DNA of 64,000 nucleotides from Eledone cirrhosa (GCA_964016885.1 OZ024750.1:8122001-8186000); one strand, 5' to 3'. Counted from the first letter of the stretch, positions 44,390 through 57,709 are shown. Made by a program: numbers and translations. The notes: generated by a model not told the origin, from the sequence alone.

Positions 44390-44573
44390 TGTATGGATAT
44401 TTATACGCAATATGGGGATACTTATAGAGGTGTTGTGTTATTACAGCCAGAGGCAAGACTAAATGAGAAACTGATTATAGCTGAAGCGATTACATGATTT
44501 TCACTCCGTTACCCGCAACATGAAGTATTGAAGGAGTTGCCATATTTCCTTCAAGTATATATATATATATATA

Positions 44574-44754
44574 TAGGAACCAGTAAGACCCCGACGGCTG
44601 AGCTCAAGCCGTTTCGACGGCTAATTCTGGACGTCGAAACGGCTTGAGCTCAGCCGTCGGGGTCTTACTGGTTCCTATTACCCACTCTACTACCCCAAGT
44701 ATTGAGTACTTTGGTGCGTTATGGTCCACCTGGTTCCTTACCACATTTCCTTCG

Positions 44755-44755
<1 letters not shown>
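44574..44755. mobile_element. Family B fold-back element in (TA)n
   Basis: Inverted arms 44574-44618 / 44633-44677. Ends ...acatttccttcgt(TA)n. Confidence 0.8.
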
Positions 44756-44801
<46 letters not shown>

Positions 44802-44805
44802 AAGG

Positions 44806-44856
44806 AGCTTCTACAGGACTAGTACTGTTTCATTCAGATGAAATCTTCAGGAAGCT
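44806..44856 (-). ncRNA. Minimal type I hammerhead ribozyme motif (family A)
   Basis: AGCUUC CUGAAGA UUUC-AUCU-GAAU GAAA CAG-UACUAGUC-CUG UA^ GAAGCU. Perfect 6-bp stem I and near-palindromic stem/loop III. Confidence 0.8.
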
Positions 44857-45141
44857 GGGTGTCATATTAAGTTCTGGTATTTATACATTTAGGTAGTGGT
44901 AAGGGAGGGGTGGTGGATCGGGGGGTGGGGGGGATGGTATTTAGATACATAGGACCACTTCATGGCACAGGCCGTTTTTTCTTTGGGGAGTGGTCAATTA
45001 GCCAGAGTGCTTTTTGAAATAAATAAATAAAGTGGTCCTATGTATCTAAATACCATTCCCCCCCAACCCCCAACCCCCAATCCACCACCCCTCCCTTACC
45101 ACTACCTAAATGTATAAATACCAGAACTTAATATGACACCC

Positions 45142-45192
45142 AGTTTCCTGAAGATTTCATCTGAATGAAACAGTACTAGTCCTGTAGAAGCT
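45142..45192 (+). ncRNA. Minimal type I hammerhead ribozyme motif (family A)
   Basis: AGUUUC CUGAAGA UUUCAUCUGAAU GAAA CAGUACUAGUCCUG UA^ GAAGCU. Stem I retained through a U-G wobble. Confidence 0.8.
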
Positions 45193-45278
45193 CCTTCTAT
45201 AAAATAAAAAAATTTTACTCTGCCATGTATTGAGTACCTTACTTACTGTGGTTATCCCCGACTCAACCCGGGACCTAC

Positions 45279-45313
<35 letters not shown>

Positions 45314-45317
45314 TAGA

Positions 45318-45502
45318 TAGGAACGAGTAGGACCCCGACGGCTGAGCTCAAGCCGTTTCGACGGCTAGTTCTGTACTAGCCGTCGAAATGGGTTGAGCTC
45401 AGCCGCCGGAGTCCTACTCGTTCCTATTACCCACTCTACTACCCTAAGTTTGAGTACTTTGGTGCGTTATGGTCCGCCTGGTTCCTTACCACATTTCCTT
45501 CG

Positions 45503-45503
<1 letters not shown>
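45318..45503. mobile_element. Family B fold-back element in (TA)n
   Basis: Inverted arms pivoting at gacggctag-ttctgta-ctagccgtc. Same 3' end as the 44.6 kb copy. Confidence 0.8.
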
Positions 45504-45545
<42 letters not shown>

Positions 45546-45680
45546 TACTGTTCCGAAACAGTGGACTCAATACAAAAGTAGAGTGTGTATTTGTATTGAT
45601 TTTAGAGGAGATATAGTGTCTCACAGACAGCCTAGTCATATTCTCTTCTATATTTTAAAAATAAATTATGTAATAGTCTA

Positions 45681-45733
<53 letters not shown>

Positions 45734-46081
45734 AATGGAACGAATTTGTAACATCGAGCCCTCTACTCACTAACAATAGGCGGTGATATCTAAACCTTCA
45801 CCAACCCACACTACTATATGTGCCGTATCCTATCTTCATTGGCATTCTAGCAAAACTGTTCTCACTCAAACTACAGGAACCTATGCTTTTTTCATATCTT
45901 ACCTTGAAACCTTAGGAACATAAATGTCGTTTTTAACATCATTTATCTGTCATTTCTACCCAGTCCAACTGGTCTAAAACATCCTAAAGGCTAAAATTAA
46001 TAAAGACCCTTTGGATTCAATCTTTATTTTCTCCCTTCTTTTCTTTAGCCATTTTCTGTTTCTCATGTTTATATATATGTG

Positions 46082-46131
<50 letters not shown>

Positions 46132-48927
46132 CAACAATAATAATATAGATAAACTAATAATATATTTGATATTTTATCTTCCTTAATTTGATTTAACTCT
46201 CCATTTTCTTTAACTCTCCATTTTCTTTATTTGTCTCTTTACCTTTATATATTCCTCCTCTTCCATCTTCCACTTCTATCTTCTTTCTATCTCTCTGTTC
46301 CTTTTTCTTCCTCTCTATGACATCCCCTCACATATCAGTGATTTACTCTCATTTCTTTTTACTTCTATTATTGTGTTCTCGTTTGGCGTGGATTTCTCAT
46401 TTATCCCACACATAAACAGCAATATAACGCCCTTTAAATTCGAATCTAAGCCATTAATTCACTATTTAAGACTCAGTAGAAGAATATAATGGCTGTATTG
46501 CACGGATAACTACATTATAGGAGATAGTATTTCTAGGAAAAGCCAAGAAATTATTGCAGGTAGCTCAAGAGCAACTCATAGGAGACATACTGTACAGTGT
46601 TGTGCTTCACGTAGGTTTCAAAGCAGTGTTTTTTCCACTATTTTATGATCTACATTTCTTTTTACTATCTGGATAAGCAAATTGATCCACAAATTACAAT
46701 CTTTTAGTACCTCATATAATAAGCAAATTTACTAAATATTTATTGTATTATACAACCAGTTTATAGTTTGAGAAATCAGCTTCGTTGTTAGCGTTCCGTT
46801 ATATAAGGGCAGCGCAGTATTTCTAAATATGTACACTTCTATTCAATTGCTGATCGCAAGTAACAGATCTCCAGGAAGATTAACTACAATAGACTTCCAT
46901 GTAGATTGGTTCTCAAAATTTTAACACATCCCTTTGAGACTATTGTTGGTGTGGGAGTTAATTTTATTTTTTCACTACAGTGACTCCTAAAGAGAAAGAT
47001 ATATCACAAACTGGTTCTGATACGAAAATCGTTATCAGTTTGACTTAAAGAAATATTTGAATAGATTTCCTTATACTGCTATTTCACTGCAACCTGCGCC
47101 TAATTCTCTCAATATGCCAAACTCAACACTGGTCGAAATCTCGTCACATTTACTTTAACTCATTTATCGCATCCACGTTCTTCTTTAACTCGATACTCAG
47201 TTATTTATCTTCCGATATTCTATATTTAAACTCACCCTTTCCCACCCAGTATAAATAAACCTACTTTCATGAATTTTTTACGTATTAATCATGTTCCAGG
47301 GAACTTAATGAAGCACTCCATTTAAATGAAGATACACCGACATTTAAATGAAGATACACCAACGTGATGCCTTTCATAAAAAAAACCTTACCCAAACTTT
47401 CGACCTTGACATGATATTTCGAAGGTTATATGTGTTTTACAACACCCGCCCCACACTACGGAATTAGAGCAAAATTAAGTGAACCAACTAACGTTGTCAC
47501 ATGAGAAACTGCGAAACCAGTAATACAATACGACCTCTCGGTCAATAACTTAGCGGGTCTGTCATCTGTGACTTTCTCTACAGAGTTAAAAGTGTAAAAT
47601 ATTTCTTGTGTATACAAACCCATCAGACGAGAACTTATTGTGATTTCGTTGGCATTAAGCGACTAAATGTATTTGGACGTGATGTCGGTCTCACACACGG
47701 TTAAATTCCAGTTGCAGTTGGTACTCATTTTCAACTATCAGGACGATCTTTTAAAGATAATGCCTATAATTTACTAGGATTGGGGGAATTAACTATATAA
47801 CACTTCTGTTTACTGATAAAGTAGTTTAGTGAATATTTACCAACACGTTCCAGCACGAAATTAAATATTTGAGATTTGGGGATTCAAAAACGCGTAAACT
47901 GTATGATAATTGATATGTTATTGTAGAAGATTAATGGATATTAGGTGTGTTCAAGATAAATAATTAATGTGCTGGAACAATTGGCGAAATGTTCATCAGT
48001 GATACGCCTTACTAACAAAGGAATATTTTATTTTCAGCGAATATTTGGGAAACGTGTAACTACGCAAATATGAAGCTTGTTCAATATACATTGAAAATCA
48101 CTTTCTATAATACTACATGTTGTAAAATTAAACACTTCGTGGAGAAAGTGTCTGGGATGGTATCATTCGATCGAAAGCAAATAACGTATACTACAGGTAC
48201 GCTCAAATATCTCATAGAAGAAAGCTCTTAGATAGTGCATTAGTCTGTTTTAAAAAAACGATGCCATCAGCAGTACCAAATACCTTTGTTGATAAGAAAG
48301 CTTGATTAAGGCTGATATTCCACTACACAAAAGAAAACAAAGTAGAAGAAACAGTGGCTACTTAAATGTGTATATAAATGTACATATTTTTAGTATTTAG
48401 ATGTAAAAACATTGCAGATATATACATTTTCCTTTTTCAATAGACCAAACACACGGACAAAAACATTAGCTACCCGATAACACAAACACTTAACACAAGC
48501 AACTCGTAAAACACAATTTTGATTAATGTCTAGGTAAAATAAACCAAATGTTTTATCTCCCGTCCTTGCTTCCATAAAAATAGCTTTTAACAATACCAAC
48601 TTTATGACAGTCTTATAGTCATATTGACCAATAGAACTTCTCAATTTTTTTTTTTTGCTGCTTTTAATTGTATTTTTTTTTTACTTTCATTTCACTATCT
48701 CATTCTTCTACCATTCATACAATACACACCCTACATGTCAATCAACGTATAACTCTGCCCCTGATGAGATGGTCTTGGCAGATAAATTTCCCATCTTGCC
48801 AATCTAAACATAAGTTTGATCATGGTATTCCTATCTTAAAATAATATTTACACTCTACCTTCCTTAAATATGGAGTATTAGTTGAATAATGGTACGATTA
48901 CTCTTAATAATTAACATTATATATAGC

Positions 48928-49097
48928 GTAGAGGGTCGGACACAATGCTTTGACGTATAGAGTTACGGCCCTTGTCATTCTGAGTTCAAATCCCGCCGAG
49001 GTTAACTTTACCTTTCATTCTTACGTGGTCGATAAAATAAAGTACCAGTAATACACTGGGTAGTTGCTGGCCGTGTGCCAAAAGTAGAAACAATTAT
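48928..49097 (+). mobile_element. S1 SINE
   Basis: Consensus match. Confidence 0.88.
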
Positions 49098-49212
49098 ATA
49101 TATATATCAAGTAAAGGTCTCGCGTATAACCCAGTAATTTAATGAGCTTCTATGTTCTTCACGCTAGTGGTCTTATAGCTCCTGTAAATGAAAACACTCT
49201 CCAGTGTTTTTC

Positions 49213-49276
<64 letters not shown>

Positions 49277-49925
49277 CTTGGTTTTCTTCATTTTAGATAT
49301 ATATGCTTTGGTACCCTCTCTGCCCTCAACAGCAAGAACTTTAACCTTCGAAGAATATTTCGTTTGTTTTGGATCGATCCCCAATGTGCTCGGCACATTT
49401 AGCATGCATAGCGATTTTCTCACCTTACCAAAAGTAATAGTGCAATAATCCATTATAATCCCACACATACACGCGTACATACATACATACATATATAAAT
49501 TTTAGTACAGCATTGACGAAGCTTTAGAATACGGCCAAGCTAGCGTATATGTATAATCGGTCTGTAGCTTGAGCACTCAGATGAGGAAAGACCCCAGAGT
49601 AATAACATTACGTTCAGACAGCTTAGCAAATCAGATATAGCGGTCGGCAGTCCAGCCGCATCACTAGAGTAACGAAAATACAGGACCCAGGAAAAGATTT
49701 TATACTGACCCGGACATAGCGGTGAGGCTGAGTGCAAAATATATAACTTAGATATACAGCATCCAACATCAGCGCTAAGTTTCTGCAAATCCAAGATCGA
49801 CAAATTCCTATTGCAGGAGTCTGCAATATAATGGTTGTTGACGACAGAACATAGGATTTACTTCTTCAGCAAGTCTTTCGTTCTTAGCCTGAGCGAGAAT
49901 GTTATAGCTTTAAATGTCGCCACAG

Positions 49926-49994
<69 letters not shown>

Positions 49995-50435
49995 TATAAT
50001 TAACCGCCTCTGATATTGGTTAACTCTTGCTACCACCAATAATACAGAGGTAGAAAATCGAATACAACATTAATTTAGTATAGCAGACTGTTCCACTACC
50101 TCGTTTCTATTCGGAGACATGTATTAATTTTCAGAACTACAGTTAGTTCTCCAATCATTTTTCAGACTGCATTTTTGAAGGGGAATGTACATTTACGTAG
50201 GCGTTGCCTGGTTTTAGTGAACGGTATTTAATTAGGATGTACCGGGATTAAAATATAATCACATCTCTTACTTTTTTGCTTTCTTTTATTGATTGTAATA
50301 ATCATTGTGCTTCAATTAAATTATGATTTTACACACTATTAATTAATTCTAAGTATTTCCATATTTCCATTTTTAATACTAAAATTACTAAAAGCATCGT
50401 CGTTATCACCATCATTATCATTACCATCACCATCA

Positions 50436-50670
50436 AGGGGCGATGGATTGGCAGTATCGGTAGAGGGTCGGACGCCATGTTAGGGTGGTGGATTGGTAGT
50501 GTCGGTAGAGGGTCGGACGCCATGCTTTCCAGCGAAGAGTTGCGGCTCTTTATGATCTGAGTTCAAATCCCGCCGAGGTTAATTTTGCCTTTCATCCTTA
50601 CGAGGTCGATAAAATAAAGTACCAGTAATACACTGGGATAATTGTATGGCCTTGTGCCAAAAGTAGAACA
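50436..50670 (+). mobile_element. S1 SINE with duplicated 5' head
   Basis: Head repeated (50437-50479, ~50483 onward). 22-bp TSD attatcattaccatcaccatca at 50414-50435 / 50671-50692. Confidence 0.92.
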
Positions 50671-51095
50671 ATTATCATTACCATCACCATCACTGCTATC
50701 AATATATAAATTTAAGCGATTTCCGTACGTCCGTTCGTACGTCACACAATGTGTGTGTAAAAGGAAGGAAGGGGATGGTGAAAAAAATATAGTAAAACAG
50801 GGACAGACGTTCCATTTGCTACGCTGTGTGTGAGTGTGTTTGTGTAAATGTTTGTGTGAATCTGTGTAATTTTGTGAATGTATGTCTAAGTGTGTATTTT
50901 TGTAAGTGTGTCTGTGTTTGCTCGTTTATATGTTTATACTCATAAATTATAAATGTATGTATACATCACACACCCACACATTTATACACATACGCGTCAG
51001 CGTGTTGAAAAAAAAAATTCTAATTTAGTATATAAACAGTTGCATTTATGTGTTGTTGTTTTTTATTATTTCTCTTTCTATTTCCCAATATCTAG

Positions 51096-51342
51096 CATTT
51101 GCTGTGTCTGTTGTTGCAAGCTCTGGCATGTATTGCCATGAACCCAAACTATCACCCAGTTCTCAGCGAAGCCGATATCGCAGACATGTTAATGCAGCTA
51201 CTTTTGCCTTCCGATGAATGGTACTATACCAACCACAGCACCAAATATGCCAAATACGTCAAGTACAACGCTGCAAGAATTTTAGTTTATATGGGTCTTC
51301 TACATAAACTTGGAGGAAGAGTCGATCTGTTCGACCGGAAAC
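51096..51342 (+). CDS. Internal coding exon B (247 nt, phase 0/1), armadillo-like helical repeats
   Basis: Acceptor tttcccaatatctAG|CAT. Frame HLLCLLLQALACIAMNPNYH...YVKYNAARILVYMG...DLFDRK. Donor AAAC|GTAAGT. Phases match both neighbours. Confidence 0.92.
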
Positions 51343-51633
51343 GTAAGTATATATTTGATTTATTTATTTATTTCATGTTTCAAACGATAAAAATAAAAAA
51401 CCACATGTTGTTTATTTAATTATTTGTGTAACTACATGCTTTTAATAATCTTAATTGATAAAATGTGAAACGTTTACAGTCCTATAAAAGGTGTTACTCT
51501 CTCTCTCTCTCTTTCTTTCCTTCACTCGTTGTCTCTCTCTTCTCTGTTGTACTCTTACTCACTTTCTTTCACTCTCTCTTTCTCTTTCTCTCCTCCCTCT
51601 CTCTCTCTTATATATATATATATAATTTATATA

Positions 51634-51733
51634 CACAGGGTTTCCCAAAAAATATATACACACTTTGATTACCTGTACAGGGAATATTTATCAGTGCAGT
51701 TGAAGTGTGTATACATTTTTGGGACAGCCTGTG
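51634..51733. mobile_element. Tc1/mariner-like MITE (~100 bp)
   Basis: TA|CACAGGGTTTCCCAAAAA...TTTTTGGGACAGCCTGTG|TA. The inverted similarity extends to tatacacactt / aagtgtgtata. Confidence 0.75.
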
Positions 51734-52307
51734 TATGTATATATATATATAAACTTTACCTGATTCTCGTAACTATTATAGTGATTAACTATTATTATGT
51801 TCACTTGTGTTGGGACGCATATATTTCAAATTTTCACAATGATTTACAAGTCAAATACTTTGCTTACATCTCTAGCCAAAATCTCTATCTGTCTCTCTCT
51901 AACCATTGTAGATATGTCACACAACAAGAATAAAACTCCAAGCAGCTTCAGGGGACTCTGAAAAAGAGAGGCATGCGCACTGCTTTTCCTACTTTTACTA
52001 AATAGTGAAACATTGTTTTAGTAGCACTGGTAACAATCTTGTTAGTATGACAAAATATCTCATCACTTTAGCCGAAATATAGTGGCAAGAAGGTAGGCGC
52101 AAAATAATCGATCATGTTTAAATACAATGATTGTTAAGATGGCTGGGTTAGTAAAGAGTGCATTGGTTATTTTCCTGCTCTGAATTCCAATGAGGTCGGT
52201 TGGAATTGACTTTGCAATCCATCCTTCTGTAATCGATAAAAGAAATATCAGTTAAGTACTATGAACTCAGGAATCTAATACTAACACACACACGCACACG
52301 CACATGC

Positions 52308-52364
<57 letters not shown>

Positions 52365-53371
52365 GTATGTATATGTCGGTGTATTCATATGCGTGTGTAG
52401 ATATATTTATGTGTGCGTTTGGATGCATGTATATACCAATTCTTAATTGCACCAAGCTCCATTTCTTTAGCTTTCTAGCAAAAACGTCCTATCGATCGCT
52501 AACTTGAATCAGATTGTGCTGTGGACATGTTAAAGTGGAAATTGTATCGAAAATCATTTTAAGTTGGCGTGTGTGTATGATTTGTTTTCTTCTCTACAGG
52601 GAAATGTTTGAACATCGCATCGAGGTAGATGTAATTTAGTTTTGACGATATCTATTTTTCTTTTAACCAGTAAGTCACTTCTCGTTGCTCTGACTTTCGG
52701 AATGTTATCCATGTTATTTCCTGTCTATTTAATAGAGATAGGATTCCCTTAAAGCTGTGATTTCTAACCAATTATAAGACTTATAATGATAAGAGCTCTT
52801 AATATTCCTTAAATGCTCTCGCGTTTTCTCTGACAGCAATCCAATGAGAAACCTTTTCAAGCCAAAGAAATAACTTCAAATGTAGTCACTCGATCAGTTA
52901 GAAATTGCAGCTAAATATCCCTCATACTCGCTTATGAGGGAAATAACCAATTGGATAATGCGGTCATAGATTCTATCTGCGTAAACATATAGTTTCTGTT
53001 GTAATGCCTCTAGTCATAATATATAAACGATGGAAGCTGAGTTGAAATTGAACAAACATGAAGGATATATTAGACAATTTAGCTCATGGTATATAAAACC
53101 ACAGTGTGGCTACACTAAGAAACTATTTGATCATAGGTATGCCTCATTAGGGAATACTAGAAACTAAGCAAGAACTATAATGTATTACATAAAACAATGT
53201 TTCAAAGCTTAGTTACCACTGCCAGCTTATATTTGTGGTGAATATTACTAGTATTTTTCATTTAGAATTTCAGCAGTATTTTTAACAATAATCTTATATA
53301 AATTATATTTGGGCTGCGTCACTTTGTCCTAATATTGTCAGAAAAAAAAATAGTAACACTCTTTGATTTAG

Positions 53372-53493
53372 CTGGTCACGCTTGGGGATCGAGCCGGATC
53401 AGTTGGAGGTGGTTGCCTCTGATAGGACCCTCTGGAAGGAGTGTTTGAGGACTCTGCCCCACGACCCTTTCAGGAATAAGTGGGCGAAGAAGC
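53372..53493 (+). pseudogene. 3' end fragment of an RTE-like LINE
   Basis: Frame RLGIEPDQLEVVASDRTLWKECLRTLPHDP resembles the RTE C-terminal A-x-DR-xx-W motif. Confidence 0.5.
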
Positions 53494-54379
53494 AAATATA
53501 AATCAGTACCTTTAACAATGCACGGTGTGTTGCATTAACCATATGGAAGCCCACTACATGTCCAATGATGTGAGATACATTAAACAAACGACTAAAAGAA
53601 TCCATATTATTTAATACACGCACCATTCTTTAAACAGGTTTAACGAAGGTCTTATGAACAGCATCCTAATTAAATGAGTCATTGCTTCAGCCAAGGTCAT
53701 TATGAAGAGGCGAAAGTAATTAGAATATTTTCCATGTAACACACTAAAGTGGTGCCCAATAAAGCATTTGTCAATTCCTAAACGAATAAACTGGAACAAT
53801 CAAGGAATGGAATTAACACATGTCTAATTTCTTTTAAACAATTACTTTCGTGGCCAGTCAAGCTTAGAGTCAGCGATACAATAAACGATTTGAAGGAATC
53901 GTAAACATTGTTAAAAGATACTTGAATTCGTTTAACTATTTTAAACAAATCAAGTGCGCTTACTATTCTAGTTATTTATTGAGTTACTGGTGTGGCTACT
54001 ATTTAAAACCCAGGTTAAACTTAATAGAGGAGTCAGACTTATAATTAAAGACTATTACATATATAACCGTCACTATAACTTCTACAGTAGGCGGCGAATA
54101 AGAAGAGCTGTTAAAACGTTGTATAGAATGCTTTGCTGTATTCGTTCCGTCTCTTTGCTCTTTAAGGTCAAATCCTACAGAGGACAACTTTGCCTTTCAT
54201 CCATTCAAGTTCGATAGTAAAGTATCCGTCAAGTACTGGGATCGATTCTTACTTTATATTTCTATCTCACTTCTTTTCTCTCACTCTCTAACCTTCTCTG
54301 AAAAAGATCTGCTGATCTCAGACCCGGATAAGAGATGGGCTCCGTCAGCTTTAAAAATTACCCTAGAAGCGCCTTGTAT

Positions 54380-54520
54380 CTCAGTCCTTTCCTGATGATT
54401 TCTTCTGAATGAAACAGTTCTAGTCCTGTAGAAGCCATTTTTATATTAAACTTGATGTTTACACTCTACTAATATATTGAGTACCTTACTAACTCTGGTT
54501 ACCCACGACTCAACCCGGGA
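54380..54520 (+). mobile_element. Family A hammerhead element, single copy
   Basis: Hammerhead followed by the family tail attgagtaccttactaactctggttacccacgactcaacccggga, then a microsatellite. Confidence 0.7.
54386..54436 (+). ncRNA. Minimal type I hammerhead ribozyme motif (family A)
   Basis: CCUUUC CUGAUGA UUUC-UUCU-GAAU GAAA CAG-UUCUAGUC-CUG UA^ GAAGCC. 4-bp stem I. Confidence 0.7.
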
Positions 54521-54564
54521 CTCTCTCTCTCTCTCACATATGTAAATACAAACACACGCATATA

Positions 54565-54581
54565 TGTGTGTGTGTGTGTGT

Positions 54582-54663
<82 letters not shown>
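54565..54663. repeat. (GT)n microsatellite
   Basis: Direct reading. Confidence 0.97.
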
Positions 54664-54664
<1 letters not shown>

Positions 54665-55115
54665 ATAACATTTAATCTACTAAAAGCTATGTAGAACAGA
54701 ATATACTAATTTATTTTCTAGTACTATCTGTAAGTCGATTTTTAAATTTTCCTTATAAATATATAAGAATGAACGTAATATTTTATTTTCGAGAAAAGAA
54801 AATATACACATAATTGTATTTATATAGAATAGGCTTTTCTTTCTTTTTAAGTTGTTTTTATTTTGCTTCCTCTAAGTGTCTTTGTTTTAATCAAGACACT
54901 CAAATACCTTTCTCTAAATCTATTTCTGTAATTTGGTTTTCATTCTTTTCCTGAATAATTTTCGTCCTTATAAATATTTTATTGTACTTGTAAATAAGGT
55001 GTTATAAATAGATATCGTATAATATTATGTTTGACTTATTTTTCTATATTGTTGTTGTTATTGTTTTCTTATTGCTGTTAGTACAATATTATAAAGTCAT
55101 AATTACTTTTCTCAG

Positions 55116-55233
55116 TTCTGAGTTCAAATACCGCCGAGGTTAACTTTGTCTTTCATCCTTACGAGGTCGATAAAATAAAGTACCAGTAATGCACTGGGTA
55201 TTTGCTGGCCGTGTGCCAATAGTAGAAACAATT
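55116..55233 (+). mobile_element. S1 SINE, 5'-truncated
   Basis: TSD attacttttctcag on both sides. Confidence 0.9.
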
Positions 55234-56884
55234 ATTACTTTTCTCAGATTAAAAAAAACTTCAGTGCAAACACCTTACGTTTACTATTTGATCATTGTTA
55301 TGTTTGGGTAGTTTGCTATAACAGATCACTATCACCAATCTTGGAAATTGGCAATAAGCCCATAAACGCCTTCTCCATTCTGTCCGCCGGGGCTGTGGGT
55401 GGGCCCCATCGCGTACAGTTGTAGTTGTTGTAGAACAAACAGGAAGTCAACAACTGGAATGCTATATATTATTGACAAGCCGATTGTAATTACTACATAT
55501 GTTCCAAGTACATGATTGTTTATCTTATTGGATACTTCCTCTTTATTCTTTTCCTTGATGTACTCTCTGTTTATCTTTCATAAGAGATTCATTCCCTTGT
55601 GCAGTTGTTACTGCATACACGCACGCGCGCGCGCGCATATATATATATATAATGTGTGTGTACAATTTTATAGAATTCACATACTTCTAGTGCAATCGTT
55701 CTATGATAATATCAATGTCGCACGTATTTTTTATATCTATTTAAACGAAGATATTTTTAAAAAAATTTTCATTTTATTTTTAAATTCATGTTTTGTCTTA
55801 GTTGCTTGAATATGGAAATACACTAAGAATTTTATGTAGGAGTATTTTGCTGTATCTGCAGATATATTTTCTTCATTCTATTTTCCTTGTATATATCAAT
55901 TTGACTTCTCCTTAATGAACACTTGAGCATTTGTTGCTCCAGTAGTCCATTGATTTCTCTACAATGAACAGTTTTGCTCTATTTTAATAACCGATACTAT
56001 ATGGTCTTTCTACTTGGAATATATTTGTAAATTATCCATATGAAGCAAATTCTTGCTTAACGAGACTATCGGTTCAGTGTTCACCTCTATTTTATAAAGG
56101 GTCAGATAGCAACAAAGATTTAGTAAATACTGTGTGATCGATGCAATACTTTTGTCTTAAGACATTTAAATAGGAATTATGAAGAAAAACGTATTAGACT
56201 TGTAGCTTTATAGGAGATTATGGCACTTCAGAATAATTTATCGAGTAAAGAAATGAAAGATATAGGGCTTGTTTGAGGTGTATAGAGAATGAGAAATGTT
56301 TTCCATGCAAAGCTTCGTTGAATGTAGACGCCAATGTCTGGTTAGTTTCATAATTGCCTTTATAGAAACATTATTGTGCAGTTTTTCTCTGTCTAGCTTA
56401 TATTATAACCGAGTTTTATCGTTCTCTTCTTGTATTTTATGAATAATTATATCTGTCAACTTATTTTCATATACAACGCTCTATAATATAAGCAATAATA
56501 ATATGCAGAAATCTAGTCGCACACCTTTAACGTCAACTAAAATATATTGTTGTAGTATGCTAGTACTATACTGTTACTAATTGTTAACATATTTGTTATT
56601 GCTTCTGTTTTAATTGTCAGTACAACTATTATTATAATCAACTGTCGTAAAGAAAATGGATCGGTGAGAATATGTCAGGAGAATTATGTATAATAGCGGT
56701 TATCTGTCCCTGGTGGTCAGTTATTCGGGATATATGGTCTTTATTTTGGTTGATGTAACGTCTTGATTCTGTTATTTTATTTTTACACATTTTAACCTAT
56801 ACCTCCCCTCCTTCTTGAATCCTTTCCTTCGTAGTATCTCCAAAGCATCTGAGCTGATGTGTCTAATAAAACATCGTTATTATT

Positions 56885-57531
56885 TGATTGGCAGTAGACT
56901 GGCAGTATCGGTAGAGGGTCGGATGCCATGCTTCCATGCATAGTTACGTCCCTTTACGCCCTGAGTTCAAATCCATCCCGCCGAGGTTAACTTCGCCTTT
57001 CATCCTTACGGAGTCGATTAAAGTACCAGTAATACACTGGGGTAATTGCTGGCCTTGTACCAAAAGTAGAAACAACTATTATTTGATTGGTAGTATTGGT
57101 AGAGGTTTGGATCACATGCTTTCCAGCATAGAGTTACGTCCCTCTACGGTCTGAGTTCAAATCCATCCCGCTGAGGTTAACTTTGCCTTTCATCCTTACG
57201 GAGTCGATAAAATAAAGTACCAGTAATGCACTGCGGTAATTGCTGGCCTTGTGACAAAAGTAGAAACAAGTATTATTTATATTATTTATTATCTTTATAG
57301 TTAAAAATAATAGGACGAAGAAATAAAGATAATAATAATAAATTGTTTCTACTTTTGGCACAAGGCCAGCAATTATAATCAGTGCATTACTGGTATTTTA
57401 TTTTATCGACCCTGTAAGGTTGAGAACGAATTTAACCTCGGCGGGATTTGAACTTAGACCGTAAAGGGCCGTAACTCTATGCCTCAAACCATAGCGTCCG
57501 ACCCTCTACCGATATTGCCAATCCACCACCC
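56885..57531. mobile_element. S1 SINE cluster: two tandem + copies (56885-57080, 57085-57275) and one - copy (57340-57531)
   Basis: Consensus matches. The two + copies share a diagnostic 'ccat' insertion (aaatccatcccg). Confidence 0.9.
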
Positions 57532-57709
57532 AATAATAATAATAAATACCACGTAACAAACTTATTTGTAGTCTTCATTTTACCGTCCATTTCCCATTGT
57601 CTTAGCCTTCTCAAGCATATCATTTTTTACATTATATACTATACACAATGCTTCAAGCAAACTACAACATTTTGTTAAAAAGTAATGTTGTGATATTTAT
57701 ATATTTCAG

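Larger units (their letters stand above)
44797..45279. mobile_element. Family A fold-back element (inverted arms ~44797-44960 / 45030-45201, plus 3' tail) in (TA)n
   Basis: ~165-bp near-perfect inverted repeat with one hammerhead per arm. The tail ...attgagtaccttacttactgtggttatccccgactcaacccggga is shared with the 19.9 and 54.5 kb copies. Confidence 0.8.

Noticed and set aside
48762-48830. CUGAUGA-gatgg...ccatc hammerhead-like start
   Set aside because: No GAAA or stem III in the required position.
53495-53760. Possible Penelope GIY-YIG remnant (DVRYIKQTTKRIH)
   Set aside because: Too short and too degenerate to support without a profile search.
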